Notes under the pieces: generated by a model
Told to the model about the DNA's origin: nothing
The model's input: only the letters and a program-made list of their open reading frames with translations
Databases searched by the model: none
Assembly (NCBI GenBank): GCA_965261005.1
Contig: OZ253375.1
Location: 704,001 to 768,000, forward strand
Source of the DNA: Deinococcus sp.
GTDB lineage: Bacteria > Deinococcota > Deinococci > Deinococcales > Deinococcaceae
Direction of reading: 5' to 3'
Length of the DNA: 64,000 nt
Position numbers and translations under genes: made by a program
Part shown: positions 19,591-29,950 of the stretch, one piece after another
Numbering within the stretch: position 1 is the stretch's first letter
Layout of the letters: every line of letters starts with the position of its first letter

Positions 19591-20381
19591 GCGTGCCCAT
19601 CAACACCTGGCAGCTGGTCGCGGCGGCGACCCTCTTGACCCTCAACGTCGCGCTGTCGGCCTCGCTGCGCCTCGGGCTGGGGCGCGAGGTCGTCATTGCG
19701 GGGGGGCGCATGGTGGCGCAGCTGCTCCTGGTGGGCCTGATTCTGGGCTGGGTCTTCGCGCTGCGCACGCCCCTGCCGGTGTTGGGCATCGGCTTACTCA
19801 TGACGCTGCTGGCGGGGCAGGCGGCGGTGGGCCGCGTCAGGCAGCGCTACGCGCGCATCTACCTGGACGCCTTTTTGGCCATCTTCGGCAGCTCCTTTGT
19901 GCTGACCGGCCTCGCGCTCACGGGCATTCTGCGGGTGCAGCCGTGGTTCGAGCCGCGCTACGCGATTCCGATTCTGGGCATGGTCCTGGGCAATACCCTG
20001 ACCGGCGTATCTCTAGCGCTGGAGCGCTTCACGGGCGACCTGAGCGCGCGCCGCTCCGAGATCGAGGGCTTGCTCGCGCTGGGCGCGACGCGCTGGGAGG
20101 CGGCCCACGCAAGCGTCGCGGCGGCGGTGCGCACCGGCATGATCCCGACGCTCAACAGCATGGCCGTGATGGGCGTGGTGAGCCTGCCGGGCATGATGAC
20201 CGGGCAGATTCTGGCGGGCGCCTCGCCAGATACGGCGGTGCGCTACCAGATCGTCATCATGTTCATCCTGGCGGCCAGCAGCGCCCTGGGCAGCTTGGGC
20301 GTCGTGCTGCTGGCCTACCGCGCCTGCTTCGACGCCCGTGACCGGCTCAGAATGGAGCGGCTGACCCAAAGAGTGCGCTGA
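19587..20381 (+). CDS. UPF0014 ABC permease (FetB/YbbM-like)
   Basis: QLLLVG, IPILGMVLGN, GVVSLPGMMTGQILAG..P..AVRYQI. Confidence 0.88.
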   Translation: MSVPINTWQLVAAATLLTLNVALSASLRLGLGREVVIAGGRMVAQLLLVGLILGWVFALRTPLPVLGIGLLMTLLAGQAAVGRVRQRYARIYLDAFLAIFGSSFVLTGLALTGILRVQPWFEPRYAIPILGMVLGNTLTGVSLALERFTGDLSARRSEIEGLLALGATRWEAAHASVAAAVRTGMIPTLNSMAVMGVVSLPGMMTGQILAGASPDTAVRYQIVIMFILAASSALGSLGVVLLAYRACFDARDRLRMERLTQRVR

Positions 20382-20383
20382 GG

Positions 20384-21682
20384 TCAGTCATTGGCCCCCA
20401 TCGGCGCCTCACGCTGTCCCTCTCCCGCCGACTGGCCCCCGGCTGACTGCCGCAGCGCGCCCAGCAATTGCACGCCGGTGGCGGTCTCGACTTGCTCCAT
20501 CAGGTTCACGATGGCGGCGGGCATGTTGCCGACGGCGCTTTGATAGCCGCGCCCGCTGCCGGAGTCGATCACGCTCAGCTTGTCCACCTGCACCTCGCGC
20601 ACGCTTTGGGCGAACTCGCGCACGATGTCGGGCAGCATGTTGAGGACGTAGGCGCGCTCGCCGCCCTCGCCCGTCTTGGCGAAAGCCTCGACCATCAGGC
20701 GCACCGCCTCAGCCTTGGCGCGGCCCCCCTCGATGATGGGGGCGGCCTCGGCCTGGGCTTGGAGCAGCCTCGCCTCGCGCTCGGCGCGCGCCGGGGTGAC
20801 CACGTCGGCCTCGAAGCGCTTTTTATTCAGCAGAATGCGGTCCTCTTCCAGGGCCTGCTCGGCCTGCACCTTGGCGCGCACGCCGGCCACGGCGGCCTCG
20901 TTCTCCTTGGCGACCGCCACGGCACCCAACTCGGCGGTGCGGACGCGCAGCTTGTTCTGCTCCTCGATGATGGCCTGCTGCGCGATGGCCTGCGCCACCT
21001 GGGCGCGCTGCTTGCCGCGCGACTCGGCCTCGGACGCCTCGGCGTCGCGCTCGGCCTCGGCCACCCGCGCCTCCTTGAGGACGTTGGCGGTTTCGCGCCG
21101 CCCCAGGGAATCGAGGTAGCCATTCTGGTCCGAGACGTTCTGAATCTTGAGGGTGTCGAGCTGCATGCCCAGGTTGTGCATGTCGTGTTCGGCCTCCTGA
21201 ATCAGCTCTTCGGCGAAGCGCAGGCGGTCGGCGTTGATCTGCTCGGGCGTCAGGGTCGCCACGGCGCCGCGCAGGTTTCCCTCCAGGGTATCGCGCGTGA
21301 TGGTGGTGATGTTTTCGCGCCGCACGTCCAGAAAGCGCTCGATGGCGTTCGACAAGTACGGCTCACGCGCGCTGATCTTGACGTTGGCGACCGCGTGAAT
21401 GGTCAGGGGAATGCCACCCTTGGAATAGGCGTTCTGAATGGTGAGATCGAGCGGAATGGTCGTCAGGTCCATCCAAGCGATTCTCTCCAACAAGGGAACG
21501 CGAAAGGCGCGCCCGCCGCGAATCACCCGGTAGCCGAGGGTGTCCCCCTCGTCGGTGCGGCGCGTTCTGCCGGAGATGACCAGCACCTTGTTGGGCGGCA
21601 CCACGATCAGGAGGTTTTGAACGGCGAGAATCACCAGAATCACGCCCAGCACGATCAAGCCGATCAACACGATCAGTTCCAT
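20384..21682 (-). CDS. Flotillin/SPFH domain protein
   Basis: N-terminal TM, LEGNLR, LKIQNVSD..GYL..LGR, EA-rich coiled coil. Confidence 0.9.
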   Translation of the reverse strand: MELIVLIGLIVLGVILVILAVQNLLIVVPPNKVLVISGRTRRTDEGDTLGYRVIRGGRAFRVPLLERIAWMDLTTIPLDLTIQNAYSKGGIPLTIHAVANVKISAREPYLSNAIERFLDVRRENITTITRDTLEGNLRGAVATLTPEQINADRLRFAEELIQEAEHDMHNLGMQLDTLKIQNVSDQNGYLDSLGRRETANVLKEARVAEAERDAEASEAESRGKQRAQVAQAIAQQAIIEEQNKLRVRTAELGAVAVAKENEAAVAGVRAKVQAEQALEEDRILLNKKRFEADVVTPARAEREARLLQAQAEAAPIIEGGRAKAEAVRLMVEAFAKTGEGGERAYVLNMLPDIVREFAQSVREVQVDKLSVIDSGSGRGYQSAVGNMPAAIVNLMEQVETATGVQLLGALRQSAGGQSAGEGQREAPMGAND

Positions 21683-21699
21683 AGCACGCTCCTTTTTTT

Positions 21700-22209
21700 C
21701 TACAGCCCGTCCCAACGGCGCACGTCCACCCGGCCACCCTCGGCGGCGATCACGATGACCGGCTCGCCCGGTTGCAACTGGTCGGGGCTGGTCGCCAGCA
21801 CGTCCTCGGACTGGCCGGCGACCAGCAGGCGGACCTTGCCCACTTGGCCCGGCGCGGGCGGCACCAAGACCGTGCCGGTGCGCCCGGCCAATTCACCCAC
21901 GCGGGTGTCCAGTTCGCTGCGCCTTGCGAACGAGAACAGCCAGCCGGCCACCGCGCCCACGCTCAGCCCCGCCGCCACCGCGAACAGGAACTGCGCCGAT
22001 CCGGCGAGGCCGATCAATCGCGCGACCACCCCGCCGAGGCCGAAAAAGGCCAGGGCGAACACCAGGGCGCGAAAGTTCAGCCAGCGCAATACCTCGCCCG
22101 TCCCGGCGTGGTCCGCGTCCGCGTGAACGTCGCCGTCATGCCCCGCCAGCAGCGACACCGCCAGCAGCGTTCCGCCCAGCGCCAAACAGATCCAGTAGAG
22201 GGTGGTCAT
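21700..22209 (-). CDS. NfeD-like membrane protein (flotillin partner)
   Basis: TM helices plus C-terminal GRTGTV..GKV OB-fold pattern; upstream of flotillin. Confidence 0.8.
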   Translation of the reverse strand: MTTLYWICLALGGTLLAVSLLAGHDGDVHADADHAGTGEVLRWLNFRALVFALAFFGLGGVVARLIGLAGSAQFLFAVAAGLSVGAVAGWLFSFARRSELDTRVGELAGRTGTVLVPPAPGQVGKVRLLVAGQSEDVLATSPDQLQPGEPVIVIAAEGGRVDVRRWDGL

Positions 22210-22256
22210 GGTGGCCTCGGAAATGAGTACGCGCCGGGGGCCGCAGGAGTTGCGCT

Positions 22257-22895
22257 TTACGGCGTCAGACGCTCGGTTGACCAACGCTCGCCCTGCCGTG
22301 TGTACACAAAGCGGTCGTGCAGGCGCCCCTTGCGCCCCTGCCAAAACTCGAAGGTTGAGGGAATCACCCGGTAGCCGCCCCAATGCTCTGGCCGGGGAAC
22401 GTCGGCGGAATACTCGCGTTCCAAGGCCCCAAAGCGGTCCTCCAGCGCCTCCCGGTTTTCTATCGGCGCGCTCTGAACGCCGCTGGCGTGGGCGGCCAGC
22501 TGGCTGGCGCGCGGCCGCTTGGCGAAGTAGGCGTCCGACTCGCCGGAACTGACCCTTTCCACCCGGCCCGAGAGGCGCACCTGCCGCTCCAGGTTGGGCC
22601 AGTAGAACAGCAGGGCGGCCTGGGGGTTCTGCGCGAGGTCGCGTCCCTTCCCGCTGTCGTAGTTGGTGTAGAACACGAAGCCCTCCCCGGTGTAGCCGCG
22701 CAGCAGCACCGTGCGCGCGCTGGGCAAGCCGTCCGCGTCCGCCGTGGCGACCGTGACCGCGTACGGCTCGCTGAGGTCGGAGGCGAGCGCCTGCTCGAAC
22801 CAGGTTCGGAACTGCGTCACGGGATCGGGGTTGAGGTCGGCGCGGCGCAGCTCGCCGGCGGCGTAGTCCTTGCGCAAGCTGGTGAGGTCGGTCAT
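22257..22895 (-). CDS. pdxH: Pyridoxamine 5'-phosphate oxidase
   Basis: [32 protein letters not shown]. Confidence 0.96.
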   Translation of the reverse strand: MTDLTSLRKDYAAGELRRADLNPDPVTQFRTWFEQALASDLSEPYAVTVATADADGLPSARTVLLRGYTGEGFVFYTNYDSGKGRDLAQNPQAALLFYWPNLERQVRLSGRVERVSSGESDAYFAKRPRASQLAAHASGVQSAPIENREALEDRFGALEREYSADVPRPEHWGGYRVIPSTFEFWQGRKGRLHDRFVYTRQGERWSTERLTP

Positions 22896-23740
22896 GAGGT
22901 CACCCGACCCTCAAGCTGTTGGCCCCTCACCTGTTGGCCCCTCACCTGTTGGCACTGCGGGCAGAAGTGCGTGCCGCGCTGAGCCAGCACCATCTTCTCG
23001 ACGCCCATTCCGCAGCGCGGGCAAGGCTGGCCTTCCCTGGCGTAGACGTTGTGCCGCCCCTGAAACCCGCCCGGCTGGCCGTTCGGCTGGGCGTAGCTGT
23101 GGTCGGACAGGGTGGAGCCGCCGGCGGCGACCGCTTCCGAGAGCACCTCGCGGATGGCGGCGTACAGCCTCAGCGCTTCCTCGCGCGTCAGGCCCTTTTG
23201 CGCCGGGTGAACGCGGGCGCGCCACAGCGACTCGTCGGCGTAGATGTTGCCCAGGCCGGCGACCGGGCTTTGCGACAGCAGCCACGGCTTGACCGCCCCA
23301 GCTTGGCCCGCCGCCCCGACAAAAGCTTCCAGTTCGAAGGTCTCCCCCAGCGGCTCCGGCCCCATCTTGGCGAGGGTGGGCATGGCCGCGTACTCGCCCC
23401 TCGGCACCACCGCCCACTTGCCGAAGCGCCGCGCGTCCTGAAAGTACAAGGCGCCGCCCTCCTCCAGGTGCAGCGTCACGCGGGTGTGCGGCGTCTGTTC
23501 GGGGCGAAAGCCGCCGGTCATGCCAAGGTGAACGATCAGGTCGAGCGGCTCTCCATCCCCCGCCAAGCGCGCGATCAGGTATTTGCCGCGCCGCTCCAGC
23601 CGCTCCACGGTCCGGCCGTGGGCGAGGTGGGTGTCGCGGTACTTGTGCGGGGCGTCGTGTTCGATGCGCGCGACGCGCCGCCCCACCAGTTGCGGCTCCA
23701 ACAGTCGGCGGGTGGTCTCGACTTCGGGAAGTTCGGGCAC
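22892..23740 (-). CDS. mutM: Formamidopyrimidine-DNA glycosylase
   Basis: [34 protein letters not shown] zinc finger. Confidence 0.96.
   Translation of the reverse strand: MPELPEVETTRRLLEPQLVGRRVARIEHDAPHKYRDTHLAHGRTVERLERRGKYLIARLAGDGEPLDLIVHLGMTGGFRPEQTPHTRVTLHLEEGGALYFQDARRFGKWAVVPRGEYAAMPTLAKMGPEPLGETFELEAFVGAAGQAGAVKPWLLSQSPVAGLGNIYADESLWRARVHPAQKGLTREEALRLYAAIREVLSEAVAAGGSTLSDHSYAQPNGQPGGFQGRHNVYAREGQPCPRCGMGVEKMVLAQRGTHFCPQCQQVRGQQVRGQQLEGRVTS
22908..22952. repeat. 3 x 15-bp tandem repeat at the mutM C-terminus (QQVRG)
   Basis: ccctcaagctgttgg / cccctcacctgttgg / cccctcacctgttgg. Confidence 0.9.
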
Positions 23741-23782
23741 GGGTCAGTCTAGGATGGCGGGCCAGTGGCGTACAGTGGCCCC

Positions 23783-24394
23783 ATGAAGAGGCTGCTCCTG
23801 ACCGGCTTTGAACCCTTCGGCGGCGACGCGGCCAATCCCTCCGCCGAGGTGGCGCGCGCCCTCGACGGCGAGATGATCGGGAACGTCAGGATCATCGGCG
23901 AGGTGCTGCCGGTGGACGCAGCCCTGGCGCCGCAGGCTCTCGGCGCGCTCCTGACCCGGCACGCCCCGGACGCCGCCGTGCTGACCGGCCTGGCGAGCGG
24001 CCGGCCGCAGCTGAGCGTCGAGCGGGTGGCCGTGAACGTGCAGGATTACCGCATTCCCGACAACGCGGGCGTGCAACTTCGGGGCGTGCCGGTGGTGCCG
24101 GGCGGCCCGGACGCCTACCTGAGCGGTCTGCCCATCCCGGCCATTCTGGCCGCGTGGCGCGCGGCGGGCGTGCCGGGATACGTCAGCGACACGGCCGGGC
24201 TGTACCTGTGCAACCAGGTGATGTACCTGGCGCGGCACGTTCTCGGGGGCGGCGTGCCGTGCGGCTTTCTCCACTTGCCGGCGAACGCGGCGGTGGCCCT
24301 CGGCGCGCAGCAGCCCCTGCCTTATCTGCCGCAGGCGGAGATAGAGCGCGGCGTCCGGGCCACCCTCGCGCCCGTGGCGGCGGCGCTCGATTGA
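23783..24394 (+). CDS. pcp: Pyroglutamyl peptidase I
   Basis: LLTGFEPFGG...NPS, ERVAVN, AGLYLCN, GFLHLP. Confidence 0.93.
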   Translation: MKRLLLTGFEPFGGDAANPSAEVARALDGEMIGNVRIIGEVLPVDAALAPQALGALLTRHAPDAAVLTGLASGRPQLSVERVAVNVQDYRIPDNAGVQLRGVPVVPGGPDAYLSGLPIPAILAAWRAAGVPGYVSDTAGLYLCNQVMYLARHVLGGGVPCGFLHLPANAAVALGAQQPLPYLPQAEIERGVRATLAPVAAALD

Positions 24395-24612
24395 CGACGC
24401 CCCGAACAGACCGTCACCTTTAAGAAATCTTTCGGTAACTTTCACACAGATATCAGATTAAGATTAACTTAATATAAGCAGAGGACCGACCCGCCCCACC
24501 TTCCTCTGAACATATTCCGTACAGCTCACCCCCGTTGTTCGCCGCCCCGAGCCGCGACAGGTCCGGCCTGTCGCCCGTCCATCCCGCTTCGCCCCCGTCA
24601 AGGAGCCTTCTC

Positions 24613-26421
24613 ATGCCCGACGCCACCCCCTTCCACCTTTCCATTTCCAGGCTGGGCCTGCGCACGTTGGGTCTGGTCAGCCTCACGCTCAGCCTCGCCG
24701 CCTGTGGCGGCGTGAGCGCGCCGACCCCGTCGGCGGCGGTGCCAGCGGCCCCGAGCGCGACGTCCGCCAACGAGAACGCCGGTGAGGGCGAGGCCCTCCT
24801 TTGGAGCGAGACGGCGGCGGGCGTTCAGGCGCTGTCGGTGAGCGGCGCCGAGCAGGCCCTGAGCGCCGCGCCGTGGCAAGCGGCCAGCAGCGGCTGGGGA
24901 CCCATCGAGCGCGACAAAAGCAACGGCGAGCGGAACGCCGGGGATGGGCACGCGCTGAGCGTGGGGGGCAAGACGTATGCGCGCGGCTTCGGCGCCCACG
25001 CCACCTCGCAGATGACCTTCACGCTCGACGGCCGCCAAACCGGCTTCAGCGCCGGCGTCGGCGTGGACGACGAGGTGGGCAAGCGCGGCAGCGTGGTGTT
25101 TCAGGTGTACGCCGACGGTCAGAAGCTGTTCGACAGCGGCGTGATGCGGGGCGGGGACGCGGCCAGGAGCGTCAACGTCGGCCTGACGGGCAAGCGCGAA
25201 CTCCGGCTGGTCGTCACCGACGCGGGCGACGGGGCCAACTACGACCACGCCGACTGGGTGAACCCCACCCTGCACGGCACCCAGGAGGTGCGCTACGGCG
25301 GGCCGCTGGTCATCACCAAGGGGGGAACCTACACGGGCGATTGGGAAAGCTTTGATCCCAAGGTGAGCGCCGTGACCGTCAAGACCAGCGAGCCGGTCGT
25401 GATCGAGAACTCGAACTTGCGCGGGGTGGGGCACCTGATCACCGGCTTCAAGAACCGCCTGACCGTGCGCGGCTCGCACGGCCACAACCTGACGCCGAAC
25501 GTTCTCGGCAAGGCCAGCGGCAACTTCATTCACCTCGGGGAGGTGATCAACCTCGACGTGGAGAACAACACCTTCGAGGGGGGCGGCATCTACCTCGACC
25601 GCTACACCGGCGACGGCGTGAGGGACACCGTCACCGTCCTGCGCAACGTGGTGAAGAACGTGGACGGCCGCTTGAGCGACGGCCAGGGCGGCTGGCTGAG
25701 CGGCGACGGGGATGACCAAAAGGCGCGCGTCATCAAGAGCTTTTTGCAGCTCAACGCGGTGCAGCGCGTCCCCAACGTCGAGATCGCTTGGAACCAGGTG
25801 GTTAACGAACCCTCCAAGAGCGTGGTCGAGGACACCCTGAGCGTCTACCGCAGCTCGGGCACGCCGAACAGCCCGATGGCCATTCACGACAACTACCTTC
25901 AGGGCGCCTACCCGCTGTCCCCCGAGCAGGCGCCGACCTACTACGGCGGCGGCATCATGCTGTGCGACGGCGCCGTGAGCGATCCGCTCGACTGCGGCTA
26001 CACCCGCGTGCGTGACAATCAAGTGGTGGCGACCACCAACTACGGCATCGAGATCATGGGCGGGGTGGACAACCAAGTCGAGCGCAACCGCGCCGTCACC
26101 TCGGGCCGCCTTGCGGACGGTACCCGCATTCCCAGCACCAACGTCGGCTTGGTCGTGTGGGACTACTCCGGGGTGCTCAAGGTCAACCCGCAGCTCTTCG
26201 CGCGCAACGTGATGCGCGACAACGAGGTGGGCTGGACCAAGGTAAGCGCCGACGGCAAAATCAGCAACAACGTGTGGTGGGCGCCGCAAGGGACCACCAA
26301 CGGCGGCGTCTTCAGCAACAAAGCCCTCGGCACCGTCACCCCCGACATGGAGCGCGCCGAGTTCGCGCGCTGGCAAGGCAAGCTGGCCAGCGCGGGCGTC
26401 AAGCTGGGCGCGCCGGAGTAA
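24613..26421 (+). CDS. Lipoprotein with NPCBM/NEW2 carbohydrate-binding module and right-handed beta-helix domain
   Basis: Lipobox LAAC; GWGPIERDKSNGE...GVDDE..GSVVFQVYADG...DHADW; Asn-ladder repeats; AGGAG RBS. Confidence 0.8.
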   Translation: MPDATPFHLSISRLGLRTLGLVSLTLSLAACGGVSAPTPSAAVPAAPSATSANENAGEGEALLWSETAAGVQALSVSGAEQALSAAPWQAASSGWGPIERDKSNGERNAGDGHALSVGGKTYARGFGAHATSQMTFTLDGRQTGFSAGVGVDDEVGKRGSVVFQVYADGQKLFDSGVMRGGDAARSVNVGLTGKRELRLVVTDAGDGANYDHADWVNPTLHGTQEVRYGGPLVITKGGTYTGDWESFDPKVSAVTVKTSEPVVIENSNLRGVGHLITGFKNRLTVRGSHGHNLTPNVLGKASGNFIHLGEVINLDVENNTFEGGGIYLDRYTGDGVRDTVTVLRNVVKNVDGRLSDGQGGWLSGDGDDQKARVIKSFLQLNAVQRVPNVEIAWNQVVNEPSKSVVEDTLSVYRSSGTPNSPMAIHDNYLQGAYPLSPEQAPTYYGGGIMLCDGAVSDPLDCGYTRVRDNQVVATTNYGIEIMGGVDNQVERNRAVTSGRLADGTRIPSTNVGLVVWDYSGVLKVNPQLFARNVMRDNEVGWTKVSADGKISNNVWWAPQGTTNGGVFSNKALGTVTPDMERAEFARWQGKLASAGVKLGAPE

Positions 26422-26455
26422 CCAAAGAAAGAGTACCCAAAAAAGATGCAGGTTC

Positions 26456-26480
26456 TTCACCCGGCTCCCCGCCGGGTGAA
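26456..26480. terminator. Hairpin between convergent genes (probably bidirectional terminator)
   Basis: ttcacccggc-tcccc-gccgggtgaa. Confidence 0.7.
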
Positions 26481-26500
26481 AGCTTTTATGGAAACTTTTT

Positions 26501-26740
26501 TTAGGGAAACTTCGGCTTGCCCGCTTGCCAGCTGCCCTGCGGCCCGCCGGCCCAGTGCCACGCCCCGGCCGGGCGGCTGGCCAAGCAGCGTGAAATGTCC
26601 GCCAGGGGAACGCGGCGCGCGAAGCGGGTGGTGGCGTGCCAGCGGGCCAGGGCGCTCGGCAAGTCGCTGGGCCGGGTTCCAAGGACAGAGGTGCTGGCGC
26701 GGTTGACCGCGAGATCGAAGAGGGCGTCCGGCGCGCTCAT
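26501..26740 (-). CDS. Hypothetical protein (79 aa)
   Basis: Third gene of a tight minus-strand run; WH..TRFARRVP and W.WAGG..G.W patterns. Confidence 0.6.
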   Translation of the reverse strand: MSAPDALFDLAVNRASTSVLGTRPSDLPSALARWHATTRFARRVPLADISRCLASRPAGAWHWAGGPQGSWQAGKPKFP

Positions 26741-26750
26741 TTAAGCTCGT

Positions 26751-27131
26751 TCAGGCCGTGCGCACGCCCGCGAGCGCGGCGATCTGACCGGCGTGCCACG
26801 CCGAGTGACGCGCGTTCAGGCGGATCAGGGCCGCCACGCTGAGAACGCGGCCGGCATACCCGGTTTCGAGGCCCAGCTGGCCCTCGCCGAGGCGCGAGAC
26901 TGCCGCCATCTCCCACTCCATCAACGCGCTCAGGTCAGCTTCCGCCGGCGGCGCGGGCGTGCCGGTGACTTGCGCGATCAGGCGCCAGTATTCGCGTTTG
27001 GTGTCGGCAAGGTGCAGCGTCAGCCAGGCCATCCTGGGCGGCACTTGGCCGCGCGCCATGCTCAGGGCGCTCGACACCGATTCCCAGGAATCGAAGTTGA
27101 CCTCCTCAAGCAGCGCGCGCAGCTGGTCCAT
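26751..27131 (-). CDS. DinB-like four-helix protein
   Basis: HLADTK and HSAWHAGQI histidine pattern. Confidence 0.7.
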   Translation of the reverse strand: MDQLRALLEEVNFDSWESVSSALSMARGQVPPRMAWLTLHLADTKREYWRLIAQVTGTPAPPAEADLSALMEWEMAAVSRLGEGQLGLETGYAGRVLSVAALIRLNARHSAWHAGQIAALAGVRTA

Positions 27132-27521
27132 TCAGGTCAGCTTATAGCCGTTCGCGTCCGCGCGCAGGCGACCGGCCTCCAGCAGGCGGTCCACGGCGCC
27201 GCGCGCTTGGCCCTCGCTGAGGGGAGAGTCGCGCAGCAGATCTTCCAGCGCGAACCGACCGCCGCGCCGCATGGCGAGGCGCAGCACCATGCGCTCGGCG
27301 GCGTCCGGCCTGGGCGGGGCGCTGGACGCCCGGCCGAAAGCGCGCCACACCAACAGGCCGACCAGCAGACCGGCGATCAGTTCCAGCGGCAACAGCTCGA
27401 AAGCGAGCAGCGGGTCGCCTTTGCTTGGAAAGGGGTTGCCGTGGGTGTACACGGCCCCGTAGGCGATCAGGGCGGCGCCCAGGGCGGCGAGAACAGTGAG
27501 CAGCGAGCGCGGCCAATTCAC
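27132..27521 (-). CDS. Small 2-TM membrane protein with C-terminal winged-helix-like domain (intact copy)
   Basis: GTG 27521 after a CATGAT -10; two hydrophobic helices; ERMVLRLA..RGGR...L..GRL pattern. Confidence 0.7.
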   Translation of the reverse strand: MNWPRSLLTVLAALGAALIAYGAVYTHGNPFPSKGDPLLAFELLPLELIAGLLVGLLVWRAFGRASSAPPRPDAAERMVLRLAMRRGGRFALEDLLRDSPLSEGQARGAVDRLLEAGRLRADANGYKLT

Positions 27522-27563
27522 TCCCCCATCATGCCGGCGGGCCGGGCGGCAGATGGTGTGCCG
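27257..27563. repeat. Left direct repeat (307 bp) bounding the PLA2/two-component insert
   Basis: About 31 differences from 30825-31130 by manual alignment (~90% identity). Confidence 0.92.
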
Positions 27564-27727
27564 TTGAGCCGGCGCTGACCGCACCCGCGCGATTGTCTCC
27601 GGTGCGTACAAGGCGCCGCCCGACGTGGACGGCGTGCCGGTCTTGACCCAACCGCGCCGTTTGTCGGGCGTGCCGGTGACCGTCTATACCAGAGGGGACA
27701 CAGCCGAGGAAAGGTGCATACCTAAGG

Positions 27728-28609
27728 TCAGCCCCAGTTCAGCCACCCAAAAGCCCGAACCACTTTGTGAAACGACCAAGCGGCGATTCGGCAGATTGGA
27801 CGTTGGTACCACGGGCGGTGATGGCAGATGTCACGCATGTTCCCGAGAAAGACGTCGTCCGTACGTGCGCGGTTGCCCTCCGTCTTTTGATAACGCGGAA
27901 TGTTACGGTATCCGAAGTCATGCACATTGCACGCGGGCCTAAACCTCTCTGAATATTTATTAATAATGCCCTGCGCAACCGTGATGGGTAGATTGTTCGT
28001 CCGCGCCTTGGTGATCAATTCGGGGACCGAGCAACCGTCACGGCTCCAGTCGAGTTGATTGAGAAAGGGGGTGTTGCCGGATGACATGAAGATATACTCA
28101 TGGTCGTAATGATCGACCGTCCCCCAACCGACACTTTTGACGTAGGTCAGCACTGCCGGCTCGCTCGGTGGAGGAGGTCCAGGCGCGACAGGATCGTCCG
28201 GCACACACTCGATGGCGTATGGATCAGAACAGTCAATGGGAATCGCGAGCGCCTGCGCTGCCTGCGGCGACCCATTGGGCGGCGTCGCCGGACTTTCGGG
28301 TTCGTAGTACGACGCTTCCGCCTCCGCGACGAACGTAGGTTCCTGCCAATTGGTGTACAACGCCTCCGTGGCTTCGGGCTCCTGCGTTTCGGGACGGTCG
28401 GCCAGCCAGTCGGCGCGCACGGCAAGGTCGTTCAACCCCTCTTCCTGGGCTGTTAGCGGGCCGACCTTGGGATTCAGGTACGCCGCCCACGGACGCGGTC
28501 TTGACGCTGAGGGCGCCGAGGACTGGGGTGAGGGCGGCGCGCTCTGTCCACAAGCAGCGAGCAAAAGGGCGAGGCTGGCGGCGAGCAGCAAACTTCCGTG
28601 TGTCCTCAT
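27728..28609 (-). CDS. Lipoprotein with prokaryotic secreted phospholipase A2 domain
   Basis: Lipobox LAAC; DWSRDGCS, F..AC..HDFGYRN, D..F...M...C...C...A....VR..G; visibly more AT-rich than flanks. Confidence 0.85.
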   Translation of the reverse strand: MRTHGSLLLAASLALLLAACGQSAPPSPQSSAPSASRPRPWAAYLNPKVGPLTAQEEGLNDLAVRADWLADRPETQEPEATEALYTNWQEPTFVAEAEASYYEPESPATPPNGSPQAAQALAIPIDCSDPYAIECVPDDPVAPGPPPPSEPAVLTYVKSVGWGTVDHYDHEYIFMSSGNTPFLNQLDWSRDGCSVPELITKARTNNLPITVAQGIINKYSERFRPACNVHDFGYRNIPRYQKTEGNRARTDDVFLGNMRDICHHRPWYQRPICRIAAWSFHKVVRAFGWLNWG

Positions 28610-28755
28610 ACGTCCCCCTGTGACGACGCGCGAAAGACGAGGCCCAGCACCCGTTCAAGCGTTGAACGGCGCGCAGATTCAGGTCCTGCCCATCGGCTTT
28701 GTGTTCGTCTGCAATTAAGCTAACGACTTTGCGCCCCGATTCGCGCGTGCAAAGC

Positions 28756-28788
28756 GTCATGAGAGGCGTGACCATCGTCATGGGTCAC
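28756..28788. promoter_or_regulatory. Candidate NarL/DesR-type response-regulator binding repeats
   Basis: gtcatg-N6-gtgacc-N3-gtcatg-ggtcac, including the perfect inverted repeat gtgacc-N9-ggtcac, upstream of the TAGCAT -10 of the kinase. Confidence 0.45.
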
Positions 28789-28822
28789 ACACGGCCGGGC
28801 GACGCCTCGCCTAGCATGCGGC

Positions 28823-29950
28823 ATGCTGACGCTCAAAGTCCTGCGCGCGGTGCGTTGGGTCAGCTTGGGTGGATGGTGCTGGCCGACGTTTTCGATGCTG
28901 AGCCGGCCGTCCCTAAAGACGTGGGCCTGGGCGGACATGTTCTCGCGAGGTCTGCCCACGCTTTCGTTTCTCGTGTACCTGCTGAGTTTCTGGTGCGCGA
29001 GCGACCCGACGCGGTCACGGGCGGTGAGGCAACGCTGGTCGGTCGTGCTCACAGGGGCCGCCCTGGTGCTCAACGCGGCCTTTCCGTCGCAGCAAGCCGT
29101 CGGGGCGTTGCTGGTGGCCGGAGCGGCCATTTTGCCAATGCACTTCAACTTGACGCACACCTTCGCCCTGATCATCGCCCAGTGCGCCCTGCTGTTTGCC
29201 ATCTTGGACGTCGCGCTGGGCAGCACGCTCGCGTGGCATGACACCGTATGGGCCTTTGGGATGGAGAGCGTGCTCGCCCTGGGCATGTCGTTCGTGTTTC
29301 ACCACATGCGTTCACGTCAGCAAGGCTTCGCCTCGACCGCATACGTCATGTACGCTGCCGAACACCGCTGGCGGGAAGCCGAGCGGCGGCGGATCGCGCG
29401 CGACTTGCACGACGTCGTTGGGTACAACCTCACCTTGCTGAACCTGGAACTTGAGGTGGCGCGCGCGCAGCAGGACCCCACATTGCGCGCGTCCATGCAG
29501 CGCGCGCATGTTTTAGCGGCGCGCCTGAACGAGGATTTGCGCGGCACGGTCAGCGAACTGCGCCGAGGAGCCGTCGGTTGGGGCGAGGTCGTGCGGCCCC
29601 TCGACGTGGTCATTCCGGGGTTGACCATTCACCTCGCGCTGCGAACCGCCTCGCCGCTGTCCGAACAAACGACGCATGCTTTGGCGCTGCTGGTGCAAGA
29701 AGCGCTCACGAACACGGTCCGGCACGCGGGCGCCACCCACTTTCACGTCGAGGTAGGCGAGCAGGGTGACGGGGTCCAGCTGCGCGCGTGGGACGACGGC
29801 GCCGCGCGGGGGCCGGTCACGCCGGGGCATGGCCTTGGCGGGATGCGCGAACGCATCGAGGCGGTTGGCGGCACGCTCACGCTTCGCTTGTCGCCCGGTC
29901 GGTCGGTGTGCGTGGAAGCGCGCGTCCCCTTCGCTGAGGACACGGCGTGA
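28823..29950 (+). CDS. Membrane sensor histidine kinase (HisKA_3, DesK-like)
   Basis: ERRRIARDLHDVVG, QEALTNTVRHA, DDG, GHGLGGMRER. Confidence 0.9.
   Translation: MLTLKVLRAVRWVSLGGWCWPTFSMLSRPSLKTWAWADMFSRGLPTLSFLVYLLSFWCASDPTRSRAVRQRWSVVLTGAALVLNAAFPSQQAVGALLVAGAAILPMHFNLTHTFALIIAQCALLFAILDVALGSTLAWHDTVWAFGMESVLALGMSFVFHHMRSRQQGFASTAYVMYAAEHRWREAERRRIARDLHDVVGYNLTLLNLELEVARAQQDPTLRASMQRAHVLAARLNEDLRGTVSELRRGAVGWGEVVRPLDVVIPGLTIHLALRTASPLSEQTTHALALLVQEALTNTVRHAGATHFHVEVGEQGDGVQLRAWDDGAARGPVTPGHGLGGMRERIEAVGGTLTLRLSPGRSVCVEARVPFAEDTA

Noticed and set aside
27617..27670. Long imperfect hairpin downstream of PLA2
   Set aside because: Most simply a terminator-like structure in GC-rich DNA; single copy and no other support
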